DNA of 59,821 nucleotides from Thermoanaerobaculia bacterium (GTDB taxonomy: Bacteria; Acidobacteriota; Thermoanaerobaculia; Gp7-AA8). Location of the stretch: positions 1 to 59,821 of the forward strand of contig DASWBH010000020.1 in NCBI GenBank assembly GCA_036390755.1, written 5' to 3'. Numbering within the stretch: position 1 is the first letter of the stretch; each line of letters starts with the position of its first letter. Position numbers and translations under genes: made by a program. The notes under the pieces were generated by a model, which saw only the letters and a program-made list of their open reading frames with translations, made no database searches and was not told where the DNA came from. Shown piece by piece: positions 1 to 8,268 of the stretch.

Positions 1-272
1 CGCTCCTCCGGCAGATGCCGGACGTTGATCAACATGACGACGAAGAGAAACAGCACCATGATGCCGCCGGCGTAGACGAGCACCTGGACGGCCGCGACGA
101 ACTCCGCGGACTCGAGCACGAACAGGACGGCAACGCACAGAAACGTGAGCAGGAGGAACAACGCCGAGTGCACCGGGTTGCGCATCGCGATCACGAGGAT
201 CGACGAAGCCACCGCGATCGTCCCGATGACGAGGAACACCAGCAGAGGCATGTTCTGCGTTAATGCGTCCAT
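1..272 (-). CDS. nuoJ: NADH-quinone oxidoreductase subunit J, 5' part (runs off window edge)
   Basis: Manual translation MDALTQNMPLLVFLVIGTIAVASSILVIAMRNPVHSALFL...AEFVAAVQVLVYAGGIMVLFLFVVML matches the NuoJ/ND6 motif; follows nuoI. Confidence 0.93.
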   Translation of the reverse strand, partial: MDALTQNMPLLVFLVIGTIAVASSILVIAMRNPVHSALFLLLTFLCVAVLFVLESAEFVAAVQVLVYAGGIMVLFLFVVMLINVRHLPEE

Positions 273-287
273 TCCGTTCCTGTCCAA

Positions 288-377
288 AGGATGACGGATG
301 AAGGATGAAGGATGAATCCGATGCGGCGGTCGGTGCGTCGATTCATCTTTCAGCCTTCATCCTTCATCCTTCATCCT
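288..377. repeat. Inverted pair of heptamer arrays, (AGGATGA)x4 ... (TCATCCT)x5, long hairpin overlapping the nuoI stop
   Basis: Units read directly at 288-315 and 343-377. Confidence 0.9.
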
Positions 378-910
378 TCGATGAGCTTCTGCCCTTCGAT
401 CGCGCGAGGCTCCTCCCCTTCTTCCGGCGGCAGGCCCGTGTAGCGCGGCTTGTCGTCCCAGTATTCGAGCTCCTGCATATTGAAGTAGAGATCGTTGCGA
501 TCGTACGTCGCGAGCTCGTACGTCTTCGACGTCAGCCAGATCGACTTCGGCTTTGTCGGGCACGCCTCTTCGCAGAGCGCGCAGAACATGCATCGCTTGA
601 CGTCGATGTCATAGCGGTCCAGCACCTTCATCTTTTTCTGCTTGCCGTCGACGTCGCGCATCTCGTCGTGGACGTCGATGTAGATGATGTCGATCGGGCA
701 CGCCACCGCGCAGAGCTTGCACGCGATGCAGCGGTCATACGAGAAGCGGAACATTCCGCGGAAACGGTCCGCGGGTTCCATCCGCTCTTCCGGATAACGG
801 ATCGTCACCTTCGGCTTGAACAGCTCCTTGAACGTCGTCTTCAGACCTTCGAGGAGGTCGAGCAGAAGGAAGCGGTCGGTCCAGCTAGACTTCGGATACT
901 CGACTTGCAT
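371..910 (-). CDS. nuoI: NADH-quinone oxidoreductase subunit I
   Basis: TIRYPEE motif; two 4Fe-4S motifs CIACKLCAVACP and CMFCALCEEACP; start moved to MQVEYPK at 910. Confidence 0.95.
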   Translation of the reverse strand: MQVEYPKSSWTDRFLLLDLLEGLKTTFKELFKPKVTIRYPEERMEPADRFRGMFRFSYDRCIACKLCAVACPIDIIYIDVHDEMRDVDGKQKKMKVLDRYDIDVKRCMFCALCEEACPTKPKSIWLTSKTYELATYDRNDLYFNMQELEYWDDKPRYTGLPPEEGEEPRAIEGQKLIEG

Positions 911-2048
911 GAGCCACCTGGCGCGGCGCCGCTCTTGGCCCGCGCACCACGAGTGCAATGGTTGCGATGAGAACGACCGCCCCGAATACCGACAGCAGCC
1001 ACTCTGCACCGGCGAGAACGAGAATGCCCGTCACGGCGATATTGCCCAGTGCGAGCGGGATCAGCCACTTCCATCCTAGATCCATGAGTTGATCGAACCG
1101 GAAGCGCGGGAACGTCGCGCGGAACCAGATGTAGACGACCATGAAGATCATCACCTTCACGGTGAAGATCACGGTCCCGATGATGCCGCCGAGAAGGCCC
1201 CAGCTTTGGAGCACCGCCGTCGTCAATCCGATCTGATGGTGCGCGCTGCCGACGACGCCTCCGAGGGTCCAGCCGCCGAAGTAGAGGCTGACCATCAGGC
1301 ACGAGTTCACGAGCATCATCGAATACTCGGACAGCATGAAGAAGGCGAACTTCATTCCGGAGTACTCGGTGTGGAATCCGGCGACGAGCTCCGATTCCGC
1401 TTCCGGCAGATCGAATGGCGTGCGGTTGTTCTCCGCGTTCATCGCCACGAAGAAGATGAAGCAGGCCACGAGCTGCGGGAGCACGTTCCAGACGTTGCGC
1501 TCCTGATACTCGACGATCTTCACAAGGTCGAGCGACCCGCAGAGCATCAGCACCCCGATGATCGACAGTCCGAACGGCACTTCGTACGAGACCATCTGCG
1601 CCGCGGAGCGCAGGCCGCCCATCAGCGAGTATTTGTTGTTCGATGCCCAGCCGCCGAGGATGATGCCGTACACGCCCGTCGAGGTGAGGGCGAGGATCAG
1701 CAGCAGCGCGACGTTGACGCGCGCGGCGATGAACGTCGGCGGCGGACCGAACGGAATCAGACAGAACACCACGAACGCCGGCAGCAGCGGCAGCATCGGC
1801 CCGAGGAAGTACGCGACCTTCTCCGCGCTGCTCGGAAGGATGTCTTCCTTGAGCAGCAGCTTCACCGGATCGGCGATCGCCTGCAGCAACCCGTACGGCC
1901 CGACGCGGTTCGGTCCGAGGCGCGCCTGAATGAATCCGAGCATGCGGCGCTCGATCCAGGTCATCGCCATCACGATCAGCTGAACGATGACGAACGCGAT
2001 GAGGAACTTGACGAGAGGGAAGACGAGGTAGCGGAGCCAGGGGTTCAT
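885..2048 (-). CDS. nuoH: NADH-quinone oxidoreductase subunit H
   Basis: ERRMLGFIQARLGPNRVGPYGLLQAIADPVKLLLKE; NRTPFDLPEAESELVAGFHTEYSG. Confidence 0.97.
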   Translation of the reverse strand: MNPWLRYLVFPLVKFLIAFVIVQLIVMAMTWIERRMLGFIQARLGPNRVGPYGLLQAIADPVKLLLKEDILPSSAEKVAYFLGPMLPLLPAFVVFCLIPFGPPPTFIAARVNVALLLILALTSTGVYGIILGGWASNNKYSLMGGLRSAAQMVSYEVPFGLSIIGVLMLCGSLDLVKIVEYQERNVWNVLPQLVACFIFFVAMNAENNRTPFDLPEAESELVAGFHTEYSGMKFAFFMLSEYSMMLVNSCLMVSLYFGGWTLGGVVGSAHHQIGLTTAVLQSWGLLGGIIGTVIFTVKVMIFMVVYIWFRATFPRFRFDQLMDLGWKWLIPLALGNIAVTGILVLAGAEWLLSVFGAVVLIATIALVVRGPRAAPRQVAHASRVSEV

Positions 2049-3160
2049 CGGTCCACCTCGCCCAGCACAATATCAATGGTCCCGATTAGCGCGACGAGAT
2101 CCGATACGAGGTGCCCGCGCGCCATGGCCGGCAGCGCCTGCAGGTTCACAAACGACGGCGGCCGCACATGGCAGCGGTACGCGTTCTGCGATTTTCCGTC
2201 GGAGATGATGTAGTAGCCGAGCTCGCCCTTCGGCGACTCGATCGAGTGGTAAACCTCGCCTTCCGGCGGACGCACAACGCGCGAGATCTTCGCTTTGATC
2301 TCGCCTGGATTCGTCGCGCGGATCATCGGCATGCACTGCTTGAGGATCCGGTTCGACTGCCGCATTTCCTCCATGCGGACGAGGTAGCGGTCATACGTGT
2401 CGCCGTTCTTCCCGATGGGGATGTCGAATTCGATGTCGGGATAGCACTCGTACGGCTGCGCGCGGCGGAGGTCCCACTCGACCCCGGATCCGCGCAGCGG
2501 CGGTCCCGTGATGCCCCAGTCGATTGCCTCTTCCGGCGAGAGCACGCCGATGCCGACCGTGCGGCGCTTCCAGATGCGATTGTTGGTCAGCAGCGACTCG
2601 TATTCGTCGACCGCCGCATCGAACTTCGCGCAGAACTTCTCGAGGTCCTCGAGCCAGCCCGGCGGAAGATCGTCCGGCATGCCGCCGATGCGCATGCAGT
2701 TGAGCGTCAGGCGCGCGCCGCAGTAGCTCTCGAAAAGATCGAGCACCTCTTCGCGCTCGCGGAAGCAGTAGAAGAACGGCGTCATCGCGCCGATGTCGAT
2801 CGCGTGCGTGGCCAGCCAGAGCAGATGCGATGAGATCCGCTGCAACTCCGAAAGCATGACGCGCATGAGCTGGGCGCGCTTCGGAATCTGCGCGGTGACG
2901 CCCATCAGCTTCTCGACCGCTTCGACGAACCCGAGGTTGTTGGTGGCGGAGGCGACGTAGTCCATGCGGTCCGTGTGCGGTATGCACTGCGGATACGCCA
3001 TGTGCTCGAAGAGTTTTTCGGTTCCGCGATGGAGATAGCCGATGATCGGCTTCGCTTCGATGATGCGCTCGCCGTCGACTTTGAGCAGCACCCGCAGCAC
3101 GCCGTGCGTGGACGGGTGCTGGGGACCGAAGTTGACCTCCATCTCGTGTACGTCGAACAT
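2045..3160 (-). CDS. nuoD: NADH-quinone oxidoreductase subunit D
   Basis: NFGPQHPSTHGVLR, GYLHRGTEK, DRMDY, C-terminal IDIVLGEVDR; no NiFe-binding CxxC. Confidence 0.97.
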   Translation of the reverse strand: MFDVHEMEVNFGPQHPSTHGVLRVLLKVDGERIIEAKPIIGYLHRGTEKLFEHMAYPQCIPHTDRMDYVASATNNLGFVEAVEKLMGVTAQIPKRAQLMRVMLSELQRISSHLLWLATHAIDIGAMTPFFYCFREREEVLDLFESYCGARLTLNCMRIGGMPDDLPPGWLEDLEKFCAKFDAAVDEYESLLTNNRIWKRRTVGIGVLSPEEAIDWGITGPPLRGSGVEWDLRRAQPYECYPDIEFDIPIGKNGDTYDRYLVRMEEMRQSNRILKQCMPMIRATNPGEIKAKISRVVRPPEGEVYHSIESPKGELGYYIISDGKSQNAYRCHVRPPSFVNLQALPAMARGHLVSDLVALIGTIDIVLGEVDR

Positions 3161-3169
3161 AGGTACCGG

Positions 3170-4174
3170 TTACCCTTTGCCCTCCGCGACCAGCTTCTTC
3201 AACATGCTCTCCGTTTCCTCCTCACCGGGAACACACAACGTGAGGTCCTTCGTCTCTCCTGTCGCAATCGCGGCAGCGTAGCCTTCGCAGTCCCAGCCGC
3301 AGGCGGTGCAGTCGGTCTGCGCCATCGCGGCGAACAGCTTGTCTTTGAGCGATCCCTTCTCCGCCATTTTCATCCGGTCGGGCATCGGCAGATCGGGGTT
3401 GTGCCACGGCGCTTCTTCGCTCGGCTTCGCAGTTTCGGCGACGACCGCGGCGAGCTCCGGCGAGGGCGGCTGCTGGGTCTTCGCAGCGGCGCGCTGACCG
3501 GCGATCTCCGCGATCGGCCACGTGCCGTACCGGTTCCAGTCACCTTTATAGATGTTGACGTCTTTGACGTCCTTCCCCGTCGATCCCGCTTTCGGTCCGC
3601 CGCCGGCGGGAAAGACTTCGGGATAGATCCGGGCGCCGGTGTCGATGCCGCGGACGGGGAAGTCTTTGCGCAGCGGATGTCCGTTGAATCCTTCCCACAT
3701 CAGGATGCGCTCGAGATTCGGATGCCCGTCGAACTGGATGCCGAACATGTCGAACGTCTCGCGCTCGTGCCAGTTCGCCGTCTTCCAGACCGAGGAGACT
3801 GAGGGGACCGGAGTGGCTTCGTCGGTGAAGACGCGCAGTCTCACGCGCTTGTTCTTCTCGAACGAATAGAGCGTGTAGGTCACGCCGAAGCGCGGGCCGG
3901 CGTACGCGGGATATTTCGAGTAGTCGACCCCGCAGAGATCGACGAGATATGTGAAGCTTTCCTCTTTGAAGATGCGGCAGACCTCCGCGAGTCGCTCGCG
4001 TTTCACGACCAGCGTGATCTCGCCGGCGAACTCCTTCGCGTCCGAAACCGCATCCCACGCGCGCGACACCGGGATCACGACGAGCGGATCGCGCTTGATC
4101 TCGCTCGGATCGCGCTTCGGCGGTCCGGCCGGCGCGGCCGGCTTCGGTGCCGGAGTGTGCGGCGCGTCCGTCAT
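3170..4174 (-). CDS. nuoC: NuoC with C-terminal 4-Cys putative Fe-S domain
   Basis: [48 protein letters not shown]; tail [36 protein letters not shown]. Confidence 0.95.
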   Translation of the reverse strand: MTDAPHTPAPKPAAPAGPPKRDPSEIKRDPLVVIPVSRAWDAVSDAKEFAGEITLVVKRERLAEVCRIFKEESFTYLVDLCGVDYSKYPAYAGPRFGVTYTLYSFEKNKRVRLRVFTDEATPVPSVSSVWKTANWHERETFDMFGIQFDGHPNLERILMWEGFNGHPLRKDFPVRGIDTGARIYPEVFPAGGGPKAGSTGKDVKDVNIYKGDWNRYGTWPIAEIAGQRAAAKTQQPPSPELAAVVAETAKPSEEAPWHNPDLPMPDRMKMAEKGSLKDKLFAAMAQTDCTACGWDCEGYAAAIATGETKDLTLCVPGEEETESMLKKLVAEGKG

Positions 4175-5208
4175 GAGCCGCCTTCGAACTCCTTCCCGGC
4201 TTCGGTCATGAGCTTCTTCAGCATGTCGAGCGTTTCAGTTTCGCCCGGGGTGCAGAGCGAGATGTCCTTCGTCTCGCCCGAGGCGAGTGCCTTCGCGTAA
4301 CCCTCGCAATCCCAACCGCACGCGGCGCAGTCGGTCTGAGCCATCGCGGCGAACAGCTTCGTCTCCAGCTTGCCGCCCATCTCGTCGGCCATCTGCATGC
4401 GCTCGTCGAGCGTGAGCGTGTCCTTGTGGAACGGAACGGCGGGCGATGCGACATCCTTCGCTTCGCCGGGAACGACTTCGGGCGCGGCCGCTTCCAACAC
4501 CGCCGTCGCAGTGCCAGCGCTCTCCGCTTGTGCAGCGGACGCGGCCGCAGCTGCCGCCGCTGGTGGTGCAGGCTTCGGCGCCGGCTTCGGCGTCGCATCG
4601 CGCTTCACGCCGGAAATCGGCGCCGGGCGCAGTTGCGCCTGCGCTTGTTCGACGCGAAGTGCCGGACCTTCGTGCACCGGCCGGATCGAGTCGCGGACCG
4701 CAGCGCGTGCGAAGTCGTATGCTTCGCCGCCTTTCCGCAGGATGTGCATCTTCTCGATCTTTTTCTGCAGCTCCATCAGTCCCCAGATCAACGCTTCCGG
4801 TCGCGGCGGACAACCGGGGATGTAGACGTCGACAGGAATCAGGCGATCGACTCCCTGCGTCACCGCGTAGGTGTCGTAAGGTCCGCCGCAGGTCGCGCAG
4901 GAGCCCATGGCGATGACCCACTTCGGCTCCGGCATCTGGTCCCAAAGGCGGCGGACGATCGGCGCCATCTTCTCGGTCACCGTTCCGGAGACGATCATCA
5001 GATCGGCCTGCCGCGGAGTGGCGCGGAACACTTCTGCGCCGAAGCGCGCCATGTCATGCCGCGGGTCGAGAACGGCCATCATCTCGATGGCGCAGCACGC
5101 CAGGCCGAACTGCATCGGCCACAGCGACGACTTACGGGCCCAGTTGAAGAATTTATCGACGGTGGTGGTGAGGACGTTCGAGTCGAAGCGATTCTCGATC
5201 AGACCCAT
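4171..5208 (-). CDS. nuoB: NuoB with Ala/Pro linker and C-terminal 4-Cys putative Fe-S domain
   Basis: [39 protein letters not shown]; tail [36 protein letters not shown]; start MGLIENRF at 5208. Confidence 0.95.
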   Translation of the reverse strand: MGLIENRFDSNVLTTTVDKFFNWARKSSLWPMQFGLACCAIEMMAVLDPRHDMARFGAEVFRATPRQADLMIVSGTVTEKMAPIVRRLWDQMPEPKWVIAMGSCATCGGPYDTYAVTQGVDRLIPVDVYIPGCPPRPEALIWGLMELQKKIEKMHILRKGGEAYDFARAAVRDSIRPVHEGPALRVEQAQAQLRPAPISGVKRDATPKPAPKPAPPAAAAAAASAAQAESAGTATAVLEAAAPEVVPGEAKDVASPAVPFHKDTLTLDERMQMADEMGGKLETKLFAAMAQTDCAACGWDCEGYAKALASGETKDISLCTPGETETLDMLKKLMTEAGKEFEGGS

Positions 5209-5558
5209 GTGAGGACCTTCCTCTTCCAGGCGTAGAAGTAACCGATCAGGAGAATCGCAAGAAAGATTGCCATCTCGACAGCTCCGAACCAGCCGAGCTG
5301 CCTGAACCGGATCGCCCACGGGAAGAGGAACACCGTCTCCACATCGAACACGATGAACAGAACCGCGATGAGGAAGTACCGCACGGAGAAACGATGGTCG
5401 AACGCCAGCGACGTCGCCGGCACACCGCATTCGTACGGCTCGAGCTTGACCTTGTTCGCGCGCGAGGCGCGAATCAGAGGAGTGATGATGAAAAGCGTGA
5501 GAACCGGTACGGAAATGACGATGAGGAAAGCAATTGGAATGACTGAATAGTTCGCCAT
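5199..5558 (-). CDS. nuoA: NADH-quinone oxidoreductase subunit A
   Basis: [34 protein letters not shown]. Confidence 0.96.
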   Translation of the reverse strand: MANYSVIPIAFLIVISVPVLTLFIITPLIRASRANKVKLEPYECGVPATSLAFDHRFSVRYFLIAVLFIVFDVETVFLFPWAIRFRQLGWFGAVEMAIFLAILLIGYFYAWKRKVLTWV

Positions 5559-5588
5559 GCAAAGGGCCGTGGGGCCGAGACCGCCGGT

Positions 5589-5616
5589 ATTGTAAACGCG
5601 AGGGCTCCGGAGTCAA
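5589..5616 (-). promoter_or_regulatory. sigma70-type promoter of the nuo operon, TTGACT-N16-TACAAT
   Basis: Read on the minus strand 31 nt upstream of the nuoA start. Confidence 0.7.
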
Positions 5617-5621
5617 TTGCG

Positions 5622-6707
5622 TCAGTAGAGTTTCCGCTGGAACGTCCACCCGTCCCGCGGAACGGCGCGGGCCTGCACGAGGACCCGGATGTCCTCTCCG
5701 ATCCCATCGGGCAAAATCAGCCGGCGAGCGTTTTCCTTCTGATGCAAACCTTCGACGGAGTCGGGCTGACCCTGAATCAGCCGATGTTCGGCTGCGCCGA
5801 GCGCGAGGAGAAACTTCGCCTGGCGGTCGAAGAAGAGAGTGTGAAACGCCGCTTGCTCGCCCGCCCGGATCAGATCGGTGAAGTTGATATGCGCAGTGAT
5901 GTCCTGCTCGCCCGGTGACGCGAGCAGGTCCCGCGTCACCCGCTGCGCGTGGTACGACGCCGCCGTTCCGAACCTTCGAATGCGGCTGCTGAAGAGCTGC
6001 TCCTGCGGAAAACCGTAGTCGAACGTGACGATCAGCCCACGGCGCACGAAGGCGCAGAGGTCGCGGTAGTACGCCTCCCATTCGAGCGAGATATCGGCGA
6101 ATTGACCGTCGCTCAACGCGATTCGGCGCGCCGAGAAGTAATCCTCGTACGCACCGGGCGCCTCATGCTCGGTCCAGTCGAGCTCGCCGTCTCGATCGGT
6201 GACCCACAGCTCGTGCAGGTGCTCGTCGCGCTGAACGAGTCGCGCGAACGGCAGCGCGTCAAACAGCTCGTTCGCCAGGACGAGATGCGCGCCATCCCGG
6301 GGCACCTCCTCAATCGTTCGCACAAAGTGAAGCGCCGCATTCGATTGCGCTTCAGGCGAGAGTCGCTCGAGCGAACGGTCAACGCCATAGAACCGAACCG
6401 AGGACCGAGGACCGAGGACCGAGGACAATGAGAGGAGGAGCGAACCGTCGCCGCAGCCGACGTCCACGACCGTGGACACCACGTCGCCTGCGCGGCTCGA
6501 AAGATCGCGGATGAGGACGCTCAGACTATCGGCGAATAGCGGGCTGAGGCGCGGGGAGGTGACGTAATCAGCTTCAGGCCGCGCCCGCTTCGCGTAATAG
6601 CCGAAATCGGGATGATAGAGGGCCAGCTCGACGAAGTCGCGGAACGGTAAGTCATTGTCGCGGAGCAGGTTGTGAATGACAGCGGCCAGCGGTCCCGACC
6701 CGGGCAT
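5622..6707 (-). CDS. SAM-dependent methyltransferase, MidA/NDUFAF7 (DUF185) family
   Basis: [62 protein letters not shown]. Confidence 0.9.
   Translation of the reverse strand: MPGSGPLAAVIHNLLRDNDLPFRDFVELALYHPDFGYYAKRARPEADYVTSPRLSPLFADSLSVLIRDLSSRAGDVVSTVVDVGCGDGSLLLSLSSVLGPRSSVRFYGVDRSLERLSPEAQSNAALHFVRTIEEVPRDGAHLVLANELFDALPFARLVQRDEHLHELWVTDRDGELDWTEHEAPGAYEDYFSARRIALSDGQFADISLEWEAYYRDLCAFVRRGLIVTFDYGFPQEQLFSSRIRRFGTAASYHAQRVTRDLLASPGEQDITAHINFTDLIRAGEQAAFHTLFFDRQAKFLLALGAAEHRLIQGQPDSVEGLHQKENARRLILPDGIGEDIRVLVQARAVPRDGWTFQRKLY
6397..6424. repeat. (ACCGAGG)x4 heptamer array inside the methyltransferase CDS
   Basis: Four perfect tandem units; encode [10 protein letters not shown] on the minus strand. 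Confidence 0.9.
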
Positions 6708-6780
6708 CGCTGCATCTTACACGCGCTGTGACCCCGGCCGTCCCGGCTGAGGCGGCTTGCGCGACAGTTATTTCGAACCG

Positions 6781-6795
6781 TGGCATTTCTGTTGC
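6781..6795 (+). promoter_or_regulatory. Putative sigma54 promoter TGGCATTTCTGTTGC
   Basis: GG-N10-GC spacing correct; 60 nt upstream of the OmpA gene start; overlaps inverted repeat CTGTTGC-GAT-GCAACAG. Confidence 0.6.
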
Positions 6796-6854
6796 GATGC
6801 AACAGGTAGTCGAGCGGGCGCAAAGGGGCTTCCGCTACGGTTCAGGGAGGAAAC

Positions 6855-7505
6855 ATGAAGCAGTTCATCGCAGCAATTCTCGCCATCATGCTCGTCGCTC
6901 CGGCGGCGTTCGCACAGACGGTCGACGACCACGCCAAAGCGAAGCGCGGCGCGGCAATCGGCGGAGTCGCCGGCGCCATCGTCGGCGGCGTTCTCGGCAA
7001 CAACCGCGGAAAGGGCAACGGAACGCGCGGTGCCGTCATCGGCGGCGCCGTTGGCGTAGCGACCGGCGCGATCGTCGGCGCGATGATGGACAAGCAGGAG
7101 CGCGAGCTCCGGCAGATCGAAGGCGTCAACGTGCAGCGCGTCGGCAACGACGAGCTGAAGGTCACGGTCAAGAACGAAGTGCTCTTCGACTTCAACTCCG
7201 CTGCTCTGCGCAGTGCGTCGCGTGACTCGCTCACCCAGATGGCCGATGTGTTCCAGAAATATCCCGACACGACGATCAACGTTGAGGGTCACACGGACTC
7301 GATCGGCTCCGCGTCGTACAACCAGCGCCTCTCCGAGCGTCGCGCCGAATCGGTCGCCCGCTACCTCGAGAACCTCGGCGTCCGCAGTTCGCGCATCAAC
7401 GCGATCGGCTACGGTAAGTCGCAGCCGCGCGCGTCCAACAGCACGGCCAACGGCCGCCAGCTCAACCGGCGCGTGGAGATTCACGTCAAGGCCAACGCCG
7501 CGTAA
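6855..7505 (+). CDS. OmpA-family protein with glycine zipper (YiaD-like), SPI-type signal
   Basis: GAAIGGVAGAIVGG zipper; EGHTDSIGSASYNQRLSERRA and GRQLNRRVEI motifs; RBS GGAGG. Confidence 0.93.
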   Translation: MKQFIAAILAIMLVAPAAFAQTVDDHAKAKRGAAIGGVAGAIVGGVLGNNRGKGNGTRGAVIGGAVGVATGAIVGAMMDKQERELRQIEGVNVQRVGNDELKVTVKNEVLFDFNSAALRSASRDSLTQMADVFQKYPDTTINVEGHTDSIGSASYNQRLSERRAESVARYLENLGVRSSRINAIGYGKSQPRASNSTANGRQLNRRVEIHVKANAA

Positions 7506-7531
7506 TGCGATAGGTACTGATCGTGAATGAG

Positions 7532-7566
7532 AAAGGGACGCTCGGCGACGAGCGTCTTTTTCTTTT
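7532..7566 (+). terminator. Rho-independent terminator between the two OmpA genes
   Basis: GACGCTCG-GCGA-CGAGCGTC followed by TTTTTCTTTT. Confidence 0.8.
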
Positions 7567-7578
7567 CTGGAGGACGTG

Positions 7579-8229
7579 ATGATCCGTAAAGCATCTGTCG
7601 TACTCGTGGCAACCTTGCTCGTGATGGCCTGCTCCAGCACCAAGGACGATCCGAACGAGAAGGCCAAGCGCGGAGCCGGCATCGGGGCGGCCGCCGGTGC
7701 CGTGGCCGGAGCGGTGATCGGCAATCAATCGGGAAACAACCGGACCGGCGCAGTGGCCGGCGCGGCGGTGGGTGCCGCCGTCGGTGCGGCGATCGGCCAT
7801 CGCATGGACAAGCAGGAGCAGGAGCTCCGCCAGATTCAGGGCGTCGAAGTGACGCGTCCGTCCCAGGGTGAGATCGACGTACGCCTCACGAGCGACATCC
7901 TTTTCGATGTCGACTCGGCGGCGTTGCGTCCCGAATCGCGAACGACGCTTCGCGAGCTCGCGACCAACTTCCAGCGATATCCGGACGAATTGGTCGACGT
8001 CGAGGGACACACCGACTCGACCGGCACGACCGAGCACAATCAGGGCCTGTCGGAGCGCCGCGCCGGCTCCGTTCGCGACTATCTGGTCGATCAGGGGGTC
8101 GCCGCGCGGGACATCACCGCTGTCGGGTACGGTGAAACCCGGCCGAAGGCGTCGAACTCGACGCCGGAAGGGCGGCAGCTCAACCGCCGCGTGGAGATTC
8201 ACATTCGCGCGAATCCAACTGCAAGTTAG
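7579..8229 (+). CDS. OmpA-family lipoprotein with glycine zipper (YiaD-like)
   Basis: Lipobox LVMA-C; EGHTDSTG...NQGLSERRA; GRQLNRRVEI. Confidence 0.93.
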   Translation: MIRKASVVLVATLLVMACSSTKDDPNEKAKRGAGIGAAAGAVAGAVIGNQSGNNRTGAVAGAAVGAAVGAAIGHRMDKQEQELRQIQGVEVTRPSQGEIDVRLTSDILFDVDSAALRPESRTTLRELATNFQRYPDELVDVEGHTDSTGTTEHNQGLSERRAGSVRDYLVDQGVAARDITAVGYGETRPKASNSTPEGRQLNRRVEIHIRANPTAS

Positions 8230-8268
8230 CGTGTAACGATCACGGCGCGCGCCGCGTCATACTCTCGC

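Noticed and set aside
288-377. CRISPR array interpretation of the tandem repeats
   Set aside because: 7-nt units with no unique spacers; no cas genes
2045-5208. Group 4 [NiFe]-hydrogenase reading, prompted by hypC in the window
   Set aside because: NuoD has no Ni-binding CxxC pairs and keeps quinone-site His/Tyr motifs
4171-6081. 636-aa ORF suggesting a long N-terminal extension or fusion on NuoB
   Set aside because: The upstream 291 codons overlap nuoA and the methyltransferase in other frames; NuoB similarity begins at MGLIENRF (5208)
6800-6850. Possible c-di-GMP-I riboswitch (GCAAAG) upstream of the OmpA gene
   Set aside because: No GNRA tetraloop/receptor stems or other conserved core; a sigma54 site explains the region better
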